64,000 nucleotides of DNA. It comes from Heptranchias perlo. Its lineage: Eukaryota. A program made the position numbers and the translations under genes. The DNA is taken from contig NC_090339.1 of NCBI RefSeq assembly GCF_035084215.1, positions 25,296,001-25,360,000 of the forward strand. Direction: 5' to 3'. Numbering within the stretch: position 1 is the first letter of the stretch; every line of letters begins with the position of its first letter. Below are positions 1-11,707 of this stretch, one piece after another. Under the pieces are notes generated by a model. That model was not told where the DNA came from. It searched no databases and saw nothing but the letters and a program-made list of their open reading frames with translations.

Positions 1-328
1 AAGGTACTTATCATTGATCAACGTCTTCATGCACTGCTTCACTTGGTAAGTCTCTCTCCCCCTCCCCTCAATTGTATCCTATAAAAGCCTCCTTAAAAGA
101 AAACATTTCTTCATCAATCTCCCCTCCCTTTTACTGCTCAGTGTCTCCATCTTCTTTGATGTGAGGAGCATTATATAAATACAAGTCGTTTTCTGTCAGG
201 TGTAGGTCGATAACAACAAATAATATAACGCTTGTGTCTATCCTCTTCCATATATATTTGCACAAGGACAACGTTTAAACTTCAATCAGAATACTGATAC
301 AATTATACGATGTTTAAACCAAACACAC

Positions 329-371
329 CTTTCCCACCCTTGGCTCCCTTTGATTTCCCTTTAGGAGGCAT
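329..371 (-). CDS. PIN4: PIN4 (parvulin 14) first coding exon; rest of gene lies left of the window
   Basis: Reverse complement reads ATG CCT CCT AAA GGG AAA TCA AAG GGA GCC AAG GGT GGG AAA G|GTGTGT = MPPKGKSKGAKGGK(G), 43 nt, phase-1 donor; resembles the recalled human Par14 N-terminus MPPKGKSGSGKAGKG. Confidence 0.85.
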
Positions 372-379
372 GATGCACA

Positions 380-620
380 AAACACTATTTCGCCCTGCGC
401 ATAGAAAGACCCAGATACCAGCCGCCTAACCAAGTGCCCACAGAAAACGAGCTGTGCAATGACGAGAGGTGTTCTTTAAATAATACCCAACAAGATTGCA
501 ATGCACAGATTTTCACCTCGTTTGATTTGTGCAGTGGGATGATTTCCTAAAAATGTTCTTTACGGTTGTAAAAACGGCCCTTGTCGTCATCAAGCAGCGC
601 TCATTAGATGAAGGACCCGC
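380..620 (-). promoter_or_regulatory. Probable PIN4 promoter / 5'UTR
   Basis: Locally CpG-retaining sequence directly upstream of the PIN4 ATG, with NRF1-like CCTGCGCAT at about 394-402. Confidence 0.4.
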
Positions 621-996
621 AGTAGCAAAGCAATCCCTTGCTGGGGGTTCATTGGAAACAATTAGCTAATAATAGGAGAGGGCGAGTAAGTAACATAGTT
701 TTAAGAAGCATAATGATAGTGAATGAATGAATGAAGGAGCGAGCAGGTTAGATAGCGGATGAAGGGTTTGGGCTCGAAATGTTAGTTGTGGGATTTCTCT
801 TTTGGGGGGTGTATTTCCAGCAATTTCCGTTACTGTTTCAAATTTCGGAGAGTGAAAGAAAAATGAGCCAGAAAAAAAAACAAATCAGGAAAAGAAAAAG
901 AGCAAGGGACTGCAAATGAGAGAGAAGGGAAGAAGGGTCACCAAAGAGAGGTTGGAAAGGAAGAGAAACAGTCACAGAAGGGAAGGAGGAAAGAGA

Positions 997-1421
997 GAAA
1001 TTGTGTTTATATAGTGCCTTTCATATCCTCAAGATGGCCCAAAGCACTTTAACAAGCAATGGATTACCTTTGAAGTGTAATCACTCTTGTTATGTAAGCA
1101 AATACTGCAGACAGTTTGTACACAGAAAGGTCCCACAAATAGCAAATGAATGAATCAGATCATCTGTTTTTGGTGATGTTGAGGGAGGAATGTTGGCCTA
1201 GGCTGTTCCCTGCCGTTCGAGTAGTGTTATGGGATCTTCTGCGTCCACCTGATCAGGGAGATAGAGCTTTAGTTTAAGGTTTCATCTGAAAAGATGGTGC
1301 CTCTGACACTTGATGCTGCACTGAAGTGGCAACTGAGATTATGTGCTCAAGTCAGTGATAAGGTTTAAACCCACAAATTTCTCATTTGGGTGAGACTAGT
1401 ACTGACTGAGCCAAGCTGATA
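997..1421 (-). mobile_element. tRNA-headed Deu-domain SINE with L2-type tail (SacSINE1/AmnSINE1-like)
   Basis: Minus-strand head with TGGCTCAGT box A, central AATGTTGGCC...GGGATCTT segment, L2-like tail; four similar copies elsewhere in the window. Confidence 0.75.
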
Positions 1422-1744
1422 AGAGATAGACAGAGATTGGAGGAGAGAGAGAGAGGTGGACAGGAAAGGTGAGAAAGATGGAATTGAAATGAGACAGGTA
1501 AGGAGGACAGAAAATTTGACCAAAGCAGCAGAGATAGGGACGGGGGTGATGGAGAGAGAAAATTAGGACAAAAGTGAGTTGTGAAGATAGACCATTTTTT
1601 TATGCTGAGCAATTTGACATACTTAATTAGAAGGGCATAGTTTTTTTTCATGGAACTAGTTGTAATTTTTTTTTGGAACTATTGAATTAGATTGATCTAG
1701 ATTATATTTATTGTAACTGCCCTGTTCTTGCCCCATAACCTTAT

Positions 1745-1765
1745 ATCATCATCATCATCATCATC
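1745..1765. repeat. (ATC)n microsatellite
   Basis: atcatcatcatcatcatcatc. Confidence 0.95.
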
Positions 1766-1949
1766 TTCAAATATTTAACCCTTTTCCCTTGTAAGAAGCT
1801 TTGTGGTGTCTGTCTCCACCACTCCCTGTTAAAAACATCCCATGGTGACTTGGGTGAGGAACTGAAACTGCTTCGCAGCTATGGAAGAAGACATGATTGA
1901 CCCCACCCAGAAAACATGAGGAGGCTTGGGTGGGAATGAAATGTGAGAG

Positions 1950-2074
1950 TGTGTCGCAGACATCCAGGACAGGGGGCAGTATGCTTGGCGGCGGTGCCAT
2001 CAGTGGTTTTGATGCGCAGGCATAGGCAGTGCTGGCCACGTCAACGCAAGGTGTGTAGTGCTCATCGACTGCAG
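1950..2074 (+). promoter_or_regulatory. Candidate promoter and non-coding first exon of the PLA2G12A-like gene
   Basis: CpG-rich patch about 1950-2320, NRF1-like TGCGCAGGCAT near 2013, donor GCAG|GTAAAA at 2074/2075; matching acceptor tttttttccccccattctag| at 4236 upstream of the ATG. Confidence 0.4.
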
Positions 2075-2440
2075 GTAAAAATCTGGTAGGAGTGCGCTCC
2101 GTCAGAGCCACAGGAGACCGGCTCCCCAATCACGATTTATTGTGTCCGCTGTATTTTCAAGCGCAGTCGGACTTGCTCATGGCCTCGAACAGAAACTTTA
2201 TATTTTAGGCCTTGAGGTATCTCGGACCTCGTTCCACAGCAACGAGGGGAGGGACTCCGTTTGTAGTGATCTTAAGGGCATCAGATCGCTAACCTGCCCT
2301 ATTGAGCTCGCGTGTAATCTCAAGTTTTGGGTATTTGTAAGTGTTCCAACACACACCTGAGACCACATTCCAGTTTTCGAATCAATCCTTGCCTCATCAT
2401 CATACATTATAATGTTAATTTTGGTGGGAATGTAGAAGAA

Positions 2441-2886
2441 GAAACTTGCATTTGTACAGCCCCTTTCATAACCTCAGGGCGTCCCGAAGAGCTTCACAGC
2501 CAATGAAGTACTTTTGAAGTGTAATGTAGGAAGTGTCTTGAAGTTGTAATGTAGGAAATGCAGTAGCTGATTTGAACACAAGCAAGGTCCCACAAAAACC
2601 AATGAGTAAGTATGAGTAGATAATCTTTTTTTAATGGTGTTGGTTGGGGGCTAAATGTTTACCAAGATATCAGGAGAACTTCCCTGCTCTTTTTCAATTG
2701 TGCCACGGGATCTTTTACATCCACCTGAGAGGGCAGATCTCAGTTTAAGAACTCATCCAAAAGAGCACTTCCCGCAGTGCAGCACTCTCTACGACAGAGT
2801 GTCAGCCTAGATTATATGCTCAAGGCATGAACCCACAACCTTCTGACTCAGAGGTGAGATTACTGCCACTGAGCCAAGGCTGACAC
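2441..2886 (-). mobile_element. Deu-domain SINE (SacSINE1/AmnSINE1-like)
   Basis: Colinear with the 997-1421 and 8603-9010 copies; tRNA-like head GTCAGCCTTGGCTCAGTGG on minus strand. Confidence 0.8.
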
Positions 2887-2895
2887 CTTTGAAAG

Positions 2896-3105
2896 ATTGT
2901 AAACAATTTTACAACACCAAGTTATAGTCCAACAAATTTATTTTAAATTCCACAAGCTTTCGGAGGCTTCCTCCTTCGTCAGGTGACGAAGGAGGAAGCC
3001 TCCGAAAGCTTGTGGAATTTAAAATAAATTTGTTGGACTATAACTTGGTGTTGTAAAATTGTTTACAATTGTCAACCCCAGTCCATCACTGGCATCTCCA
3101 CATCA
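2896..3105 (+). mobile_element. Penelope-like element terminal fold-back insertion, copy 1
   Basis: Perfect 86-bp inverted arms (2896-2981 / 2984-3069), 36-nt unpaired tail, TSD acacctttgaaaga (2883-2896 / 3105-3118). Confidence 0.85.
2950..2986 (-). ncRNA. Minimal type I hammerhead ribozyme motif
   Basis: TCAC-CTGACGA-A-GGAGG-AAG-CCTCC-GAAA-GC-TT-GTGG. Confidence 0.7.
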
Positions 3106-4606
3106 CACCTTTGAAAGAAAGAGGGCAAAATAAAGATAAAGGATTTGTATTGTGTCTTTAACATACTGAAATGTCCCAAGGTGTTTCACAGTTGGATATC
3201 ACTCCAAGAAGGACTAAGAGGTGCAAGTCAACAAAAACATAGATGGGTTTTACGTTGTAATTTGAAGATGGGAAGAGATGTAGTACGGCATTTGAATTTA
3301 GGTAGGGAGGTCCAGATTGTGGGGGTGAGATGACTGAAGACCCTGACACTGATAGAATAGAAGGAGGAAGGGGTAAATGAGGAACAGACCAGAGTTGGCA
3401 CAATGGAGATGGAAACAGGAATGTTTATTCAATTTTTGGTTTTATTGCCTGCTTGTGTGTTTCTTGCCCTTGATCCATGGGGATAATGTAATGGCATTAG
3501 GGTAACCATTTTATGCCAACTCTATCATTAAACATGGGACAGGCTAGGATGGGGTGGAACCATAACTTGAGTTGTGGTATACTTATACTTTAATAATGAA
3601 TTCTTCCACATTGTAAAATTAAGTGGAGTGAAACTGACTCCTATTTTGAAACTTGGTTTTCGGTGTCTCACTTCATAGAAATTTCTACAGTTTTAAAAAA
3701 ATTGTATTGTTTAGTCCAAAACCAGATGGTTAGCAACCTTAGATAAAATTGCTGTATGTTTATTCAGAAATTATCTATGATTGCTGTAAAATTGATGTCC
3801 AGTATGTATTAGACACTATCAATAATTGTGGTACCTCAGACAGATTGTGCGCAGGTCAGTCCTTGTGTTTGGTTTCTGTCTTGAAGCAGTGTTCTGGTCA
3901 ATAATCTGTTAAACTCTGCAGGGACATGTTACACAAGTTTAATCATAGCTATTGTAATGAAGAATTCAACTACGGTTTTAAATAGATTTTTAAAAAAAAT
4001 CTATCTTGAGAATTGCTGTGATCTATATTGGGTTTATCCAAAATTATTATCTTTTCTAAAATGGATAAAATATTTGCCTTCCAGCTTCAAGGGCTTTAAG
4101 CTGAATCAGTTGCTTCTATTATGAACTAAGAAAGAATTTGTGGTTGCAAAGTTTAACTGAATTAAAAATAAAAATATTTTGCACAAATTTTAGTTTCATA
4201 AGCACTTAAAGAGTTGTTTTTTTCCCCCCATTCTAGTTCTACAAGAATGTGACAGATGTGACACTTCCTTCCAGCTTGGCTTGGTGTTCTCATCCATGTG
4301 ACCATGTGCAGAATGACAGTGCAGAAGCAGTTGCCAGAGCAACAACAATATGCAATAAGGGACTAACCTTTGAAGAGCAGTCAAAAGTTTAATAACCGGT
4401 GAAGCCTGACCGCATCAGATTACCCTGACACTGACATAACTTGCTGAATAGTTTTTGATTTTGATTTGTGATGCCAATGAATGCCTTTGATTTGGGCTTC
4501 TCTCTCAAAAGTGCAATAATATTGTACTGTGGGGGAAAAAACACAGCAGAAAGCTGAAAACCTAAAGTGGAAAAAAAAGTGGTTCAGTGCATAGTATTGC
4601 TTGAGC

Positions 4607-4805
4607 ATGCATTTACTGGTTTGTGTGTATGTGGGAATTATTTTGAGGAATTGTGGGTGCCACTCAGAAGACACAGACTTCAAAGATTGGCGGGGGAAGC
4701 TGAAAACAATTAGGAATGGAATTCATAAAATCGACACATATCTGAATGCAGCACTGGATTTACTAGGTGGGGAAGACGGGCTTTGCAAATACAAATGCAG
4801 TGATG
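4607..4805 (+). CDS. Group XII secreted phospholipase A2 (PLA2G12A-like), coding exon 1
   Basis: MHLLVCVYVGIILRNCGC (signal-peptide-like) then DWRGKLKTIRNGIHKIDTYLNAALDLLGGEDGLCKYKCSD, close to recalled PLA2G12A; in-frame TAG at 4592-4594 upstream; donor G|GTGAGT. Confidence 0.93.
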
Positions 4806-5083
4806 GTGAGTAAAATGCTGTTCAATAAATGTGTGGAAAGTTTTGTAAAGGTAAGATGCTGACTAGCTCGGTGCTCTCTCGTTTGTCTTACAGACCGAAT
4901 GTAATATTTCTTTCTCTACAACCATGAGATATAAATCATATTATCCGATCGCTTTTTGTGGGTGTAGGATAATGGAGTTATAGTCGTCAATAATGAAAGG
5001 CACAGACGTTTTGCAGTGGAAACTGATGCTGTTTTCTGTCTGGCCAGGATTTGAGTGCATCTAACTTTTCTTTTTCTTTGCAG

Positions 5084-5160
5084 GATCCAAGCCAGTTCCT
5101 CGATACGGTTATAAGCCTCCTCCACCCAATGGGTGTGGCTCTCCTATGTTTGGAGTTCAT
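5084..5160 (+). CDS. PLA2G12A-like coding exon 2 (Ca-binding loop)
   Basis: ttttctttgcag| GSKPVPRYGYKPPPPNGCGSPMFGVH |gtaagg; 77 nt, frame-compatible with exons 1 and 3. Confidence 0.95.
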
Positions 5161-5899
5161 GTAAGGAATGCTATGTTCTGTCAAAGATTGGCATCTTGTG
5201 TCTTACCAAGTTCATTAAAACTAAGTAATATTGAAAGAAATGCTACAGTAGCTTCATTAATAAACAATATAAATTTGCTGAACAGAAAGTTCCCTTAATT
5301 ATGCCCATGGCAGGCAGGAATGTTGCATAACTGAAAATTCAGTATGCTGGATACAATTTTATGTCTTTTGGGTTGAAGTTGAAAGATTGGTACAGTTATT
5401 TAATTTTACTGCAAGTCACGAATGTAATTTTCATTTGTTACCTGAGCCCCCATTCCTCAGTATTACAGGCAGTCATTAGTTATTACACATACTAAATGTG
5501 TGGAGTATTTTTTTTTGCCTGCAGTACTTGATTTAAAGAAAGGGAAATAAAATGAAATGTCTTTTACGGATGAGATAGCTGGGAGCAAAAGTAAATTAAT
5601 TTGAAATTTCCAGTTTCTTTCTAGAGGTTTTAATACAAATTGCAGTGTTGTGCCAATGTCTAAGTGAACTTTAAAATGGTTTTCCTGTTCATGCTTTGAC
5701 TAAATGGAAATATCAGATTTATCTCAAACCAACACATCGTCATGGTCAAAATGTTTTTACCTGCTGCTGAAATCCTTATCCAAGCTTTGTTACCTCAAGG
5801 TTTGTCTTTTTGAATACCTGCCTCCCTGGCCCCCAGCTTGGCCCACAATTCTGCCACTCGTGCTGTCCGACTTGCCCATCTCCGTGTTTCCACTTGCTC

Positions 5900-6310
5900 C
5901 CTGAGCGTCAAATTTTAAATTCTTATGCTCACGTTTGAACCCTTCCATGCTGCCACCCCAGCTTCATCCAGTCCTATGTCCCATTCCATGTACTGCAGTC
6001 CTCCAGTTCATGCCCTTGAGCATCCTCTAGCTCTCTGCCCCCTGCCCTCCCCCCCCCCCCCCCCCCCCCCCCATATTCTTCTCTTGGTGGCAGAACTTTT
6101 CAGTTGTCTTAGTCCTTCTCTTGGTATGCCCTAATTAAATCTGTTTGCCTGCTACTTTCCTGAACTTTAAAAGCTTTCTCAAATCTATCTTTCCATGCTT
6201 TTGGTCAACTCTCCTAATTCTTCTATCCCTGCTGGGTCCATTCTCTCCCATGTAAAGCGCCTTGGTTGTTTTATTATGTTAAAGGCGCTATATAAATGCA
6301 AGTTGTTGTA
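5900..6310 (+). mobile_element. L2-clade LINE 3' fragment
   Basis: Ends in tgtaaagcgccttgg...aaaggcgctatataaatgcaagttgttgt, the tail also seen near 36900 and 52590. Confidence 0.7.
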
Positions 6311-6629
6311 AAGCGGAAGTTCAAAGACTTGGCCATATTGTCTGAAAAAACAATGGAGAATTGGGGAAGAAGGCAACTCAGCTGGTTATAAAATGTTTTG
6401 GGTAGAGACCAGGGAGAGATTATCTACCTGAGACTTATTTTGGGTGGAGGGGGCATGGGGGTAGGAATGAAATCCTGACATGGTGTGGGGAAGAAACAAG
6501 TGAAGCAAAGTATTAAAGATAAGCCGTGAGCAAAGAACAAGATCAATTAAAAGAACACTCCAGAAAAGGATAACACAAAAATCATGTCTGGTATTTCCTT
6601 AAATAAAATATTACGGGAGATTTCCTTAA

Positions 6630-7165
6630 TGACCTCCTGGGTAAAAGCGCCATCCTGAGCTTACAGATCAGAAGGTCCCAGATTTGATTCCAGGTCTCTC
6701 TTATTTCACCAATGGCGTTTGCATCGCGCTTCAACTTCACCAGCCTGGGGCTGCAAATGCGAACATCGATCTATTGCTCTCACTCTCGCTGGCCTCCCCC
6801 GTATTATACTTCTCGGCTCCAGGTATCCAACACAAGTAACAAAAGGTGGGAAGTCTGTCTGTTTTATTTCTTGCTGCGCAGCTAGCTCTATACCACCCAG
6901 CCTCCAACTAGATCGGTAGTTCCCACCCTCCCAGGAGGGACTCTTGGCCTCAGTCGTCTCCTCATTCCACCCAGAGTTCTTTGGTTTTGCTTTCAACCTA
7001 ACTTTGTACTCGCAAAATGCTCCGGTTCTACTTCCTGGCCATGTAGACATACTGCCCACCCCAGGTGGTGCAGGGACTGAGTGGGCTTGACCAGGCCTAA
7101 GGCTGGAGCAGGAGTTGAGTGGGTGTGAGGCTCCAAAAGCAACACTAGTTAAATAAATAAAAGAC
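6630..7165 (+). mobile_element. Unclassified SINE-like insertion in PLA2G12A-like intron 2
   Basis: tRNA-like head (gatcagaaggtcccagatttgattccagg), CpG-retaining body, A-rich end aaataaataaaa. Confidence 0.35.
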
Positions 7166-7412
7166 TGCATCTAAATTTCCCTGTGTTATCTTATTTCACA
7201 ACAGCTGCCCTGCCTGTCTGTTGCTTGTAGCCATTAGGCACTGCCTATGCTCAGCTTTTGGAGCATTATGGTACCAGAACATAACGAGGCCCAATATTCT
7301 CCAACTTTAGTGTTGACCCAAGTGCTGACTGCAGATTTTGTCATGAGATTACTACTTAGTTCTTGAAGATTTTACATCTCACATACATATTTATGTATAT
7401 TTTTGTAAATAG

Positions 7413-7578
7413 TTGGACGTGGGAATCCCTTCCATGACGAAGTGCTGCAATCAGCATGATCGCTGTTATGATACTTGTGGTAATACTAAACAGGACTGTG
7501 ATGAAGTGTTTCAGTACTGCCTGTCCGTAATTTGCAGAAATGTACAGAAAACATTAGGAATGGATGCAACTGTACAAG
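7413..7578 (+). CDS. PLA2G12A-like coding exon 3 (catalytic His-Asp)
   Basis: ag| LDVGIPSMTKCCNQHDRCYDTCGNTKQDCDEVFQYCLSVICRNVQKTLGMDATVQ G|gtaagt; 166 nt; CCxxHDxCY motif intact. Confidence 0.96.
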
Positions 7579-8602
7579 GTAAGTGCAGGTAAACCATTTG
7601 CTGTCCATTGTTTTCAGCTAGAACCTGCTACTGTTTTGAAATGTTGACACCGTCCATAAGGAATTACAGCCACAGTGAGCTGCAAATGCTTTGGTGCTGT
7701 ATGTTGGAGCATCAACTGCACATTTATGGAATGTTTGGTCCATGTCAGTGACTTTTCCCTCTCTCCAATACTGTTGACTTCCTGACTTGAGCTGGGACTC
7801 ATTTCCTACTCATACTGAACTTTATATTTACATTTCAGCGTGGGGATTGGCATCCAAGACCCAGAACAATGGTATTCCCAATTCAGCTTAATAGCAGGTT
7901 GCTGGAGACTGACCTAATTGGTATATCCAAGATAGTTATAACTAGGAAGGCCGTTTGACCCATCTTAATTCATCCATCCTGGGAGATCCTACCATTCCTC
8001 CTTTTGTACCATCCAATTGTTTATTAAATGTGTCTGTGATTTTTACCTCTGCTACTTTATCTGGAAGTCTTATTATACTCATTGATCACTGTTTGTGTGA
8101 AGAAGTTGTTCCTTATGTCAGTCCCAAAATTACCTTTCACTAATTTGAATATGTGACCCCCCTCCTTGATCAGCCTTGTGGCTTTCCTCTGCATTGATGC
8201 CAGTGCTTGAATCACTCTCTCATTTCTTGCAAACAGAACTGAATGCAGTATTCAAGGTGTGGTTTGACCAGAGCACTATGATCACAGTTGGTCTTTTCCT
8301 GCCAAGACGCCCAACATGACAGCTTTGTGCGGTTGCATGCTTCAACACAAAATAGAAAATATATTATTGGGTGGGAGATCCTTCTACCAATGTTTTTACA
8401 GTGTATCTGGGAAAAGTTCCCTAGATTGAAATCCCACCCCTCAGGCTATTGTACTTTAACATCACAAAGTTGAAACCTCTCTGTGATTTGTAGTTTAATG
8501 AACTTGTTTCATAAGTGAAAAGACCATGTAACTTAATTTCTTGGGCCTCAATGATATCTGATGCTCTCCTCGTCAGTGAAATAAGTCAGTAAGTAATTAA
8601 GA

Positions 8603-9010
8603 ATGAATTTGCATTTATATAGCGCCTTTCACATCCTCAGGACATCCCAAAGCACTTCACAGCCAATGAAGTACTTTTTTTTAATGTATAGTCATTGTTT
8701 TAATGTAGGCAAACGTGGCAACCATTTTGCACACAGCAAGGTCCCACAAACAGCAACGCTTGAGGGATAAATGTTGGCCGAGACACCAGGAGAACTCCAT
8801 TGCTCTTCTTCAAATAGTGATCTTTTAAGTCCATCTGCAAGGGCAACAGGGCCTCAGTTTTAACGTTTCATTTGAAAAACAGCACCTTTGCGACAGTGCT
8901 TCACTCCCTCAGTACTGTGCTGATGTGTCAGCCTAGATTATGTGCTCAAGTGGGACTTGAACTCACAACCTTCTGATCCAGAGGCGAGAGTGCTCCACTG
9001 AGCCAAGACT
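8603..9010 (-). mobile_element. Deu-domain SINE (SacSINE1/AmnSINE1-like)
   Basis: Head CTTGGCTCAGTGG...GTTCAAGTCCC (A/B boxes) on minus strand; L2 tail GGCGCTATATAAATGCAAA. Confidence 0.8.
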
Positions 9011-9978
9011 TATTATTACTGACTTGCACCTGAACTTGTGTGCTGTACACTTGCATCTCTATAATTGTTTGTATATGAAGTAAAGAATTGACATGAGAGC
9101 TTACTGCAGTTTAGATACTGCAAAATAAAATTCATGCATATGTGTAATAGTTTTAAAATAATTTAACTCTAAGAAAAATAACCCTGACGTCGCAGTACTT
9201 GTTGATGTAATGCTGTGTTAGCAAATGAGCTAATGTGTATACAGCAGGTAAGAATAGTGTTGCTGTGGATCAGGATAAAAGATAACAAAACTTTTTTTTA
9301 AAGTCCCTTAGCTTTACTGTAAGTGTTGGTGTGGGGTGAGAGTGATATCTTTTTGTGGTGTGTTCACTCTTCTCTTTATAAACTCTAAAATACACCTCAG
9401 TAACTTAAAAACATTCCCCTGGGGACAGTGGTTTGTTCCTGCAATTCCATATACTGTGTTCGTGATCTCAGTCTGATCTCTGGGATTTAGAAGGGAGTGT
9501 TTGGGTCTCCAGCAGAGTGGAGGTCGACTCTGTCCTCTGTCACTCCTGTTCTACTAATTGGTCACAGGGTGACATCAACAGAGGTCTTCTTTATGAATTC
9601 CATTCTCAGGTGGGTGCTCAGTTTACCCTCAGTGGAATTCATAGAGAGAAAATAATTTCAAATGGGTCTTAATGAGTCATTTTTGAATTATTTACACCAG
9701 GGGTGGGGATGAAGGAGGAGTTTGAAAAAGCACACTGAAGTGTATGGCTGAGTAGGGTTTGCCAAAGCCTATGTATGCTGCTTTTTATAATTGTATTGGG
9801 CTACTACAGTAGTGGTAGCAAAATTTAAATTTCCATGGCTAGGGTCCGGTTTCAGATAGAGACCAGGCTATCATGAGAGTAGTCGGTCGCTCCAGGTAGA
9901 GGACAAGTTCAAAGAGGAGTTGTCATTGATATCTGAATTAATTCAACTTTTTCAACCTCCCCATAAATTATTTACTCC

Positions 9979-10540
9979 TCCCGTGTGCCATTGGGGATCT
10001 GGGGTGGAGAGTGTTGCACGGAGCAGTCGTGACCAACAGGCATTTACGCCATTTCACGGACTCACAGGCCGCCTGCAATTTCTGCGGCCTGGACGAGTCC
10101 GCGTTTCATTTGTTCACTGGGTGTGGGAGGCTGCAGCCCCTGTTTGACTATTTAAGGGGGCTGCTCCTCACGTTCTGGCTGCACTTCAGTCCCACGCTCC
10201 TGATCCTTGGCTGTCCGGTGTGGAGGTGGGCGGGCATGTCGGTGGACGTTCTCGTGGGCCTGCTCCTGGGCCTGTCCAAGGTGGCTATCCACAGGTCCAG
10301 GTTAGACGTGGCCCGTGGTCGCTCGGACTGTCTGCCTCTCTTCCGCGGAATTCTCCGCACCCGGGTGGCCCTGGAGATGGAGCACGCGGTGTCTGCCGGT
10401 ATGCTTGAGGCTTTCTGCAACTGGTGGGCACCGCAGGGGCTGGAGTGCATCCTGGACCAGAATAATAAAATTTTGATTTGACACTTGTTTTGGGTTTTTT
10501 GGTTTCTCCAAAAAAAACATTTTTTAAAAAACTAAAAAAA
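9979..10540 (+). mobile_element. 5'-truncated L1/Tx1-clade LINE (C-terminal zinc-finger region of ORF2)
   Basis: ORF 10011-10481 with CNFCGLDESAFHLFTGC (CCHC, zf-RVT-like), A-rich tail, 14-bp TSD aaattatttactcc at 9965-9978 / 10541-10554. Confidence 0.85.
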
Positions 10541-10588
10541 AAATTATTTACTCCGGTGGGGGTGGGGGGCATGGGTCAAGAACATCAT

Positions 10589-11297
10589 GGGCCAGAAATC
10601 GCTCCGAGCAGCGAGGCAATGGTCACTGCCGCTCCTGCGAATTAAATTAACAAAATCACTTACTGCAGGCTCTGTGGCGTTGAATTGCTTGAATTTGAAC
10701 TTTAAAAATCTGTCAGGAAGGGAAGTTATGCCCAGAGATTCAGGCTGCATTGCTCAAGCAGACTTAATTCATTTAAAGTTAGTATTCTGTATGTCATTGT
10801 AAATAAAATTTTTATTTTTAATAAAAAGCCAAAGAAATAATTGAATTAAATTGAAGAGACAGAAGGGAAAAGTAAAAAAAAATGTTTTAATTTAATTTTT
10901 TTTAAATGACCAAAAACTACTAAAATAAGGAGTAATATGAGACTCCACATTTTTAAAAGTTAATTTTTAATTGTTTGGCAATCATTAAGACTAACCACGC
11001 TATTAAAACTTAGTTTAGACCTGTATTTTTAAGCATACCTGTTTGGTGACGTAATTAGTTACTTTCCAGCTGGGAAGATAAGCAAGTTGGTGCTTTTTGA
11101 ATGATTTCCCTGATTGCAATGTGCGATGGTCCTTTAATTCGAAGCTGTCATATCACCGGCGAACCACTAGTAGCGAGTTCTGGATTTCCGCGTTTCACTG
11201 CGGATGTGCAAATGCCAGAACTTGCTCCTTCAATTCGCCACTAAAAATGGAGAGCGCAGTTGAGCTCCTCCATTATTTCGGGAGCGATTTCTGGTCC
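10589..11297. mobile_element. Non-autonomous PIF/Harbinger-like DNA transposon (MITE)
   Basis: TIRs gggccagaaatcgctcc / ggagcgatttctggtcc; 3-bp TSD CAT on both sides. Confidence 0.7.
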
Positions 11298-11707
11298 CAT
11301 ATTTTTTGTTCCAAGTGCTTTATGGTAGCAAAGAGGGCATTGTAGTCATTTCAAAGTAAAAAGCAGAGCGTTGTTTTCATTACATTACATAATGCAGCAC
11401 AATGTTTCCTGACCAAATTATATTACTGTACTGATAAATTCATTTGGAAAGCTGTGCCAGTAACCTTCCAGTGTGGCAGTTGCCCTTTTTAGAATAAAAT
11501 CTAATTGTATTCTAGTTGATCCTCATATTGTCCACATGAGAACAATGAGGTGTAACTAGATAAAATTATTCAAAATCCCAATCATATAATGACAGTAGAA
11601 ATTCAAAATCCACCTTACAGTTTTTTCATTTAAAAGCAAGTATTTTTAATTATCTTAGCTGTTTCTTCTAAGTAACAAACCTAACTTTATTTTTCTCTTT
11701 TATATAG

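Noticed and set aside
2896-3069. Perfect hairpins as pre-miRNAs or TIR-type MITEs
   Set aside because: Arm length varies between copies, there is a one-sided tail, TSDs vary from 12 to 14 bp and a hammerhead core is present; this fits Penelope-like retroelement ends
6706-7170. 154-aa minus-strand ORF
   Set aside because: No recognisable motif; antisense within an intronic repeat-like insertion
8950-9010. tRNA genes at A/B-box-like sequences (also near 1400, 2870, 6660 and 26830)
   Set aside because: No complete cloverleaf; these are SINE heads attached to repeat bodies
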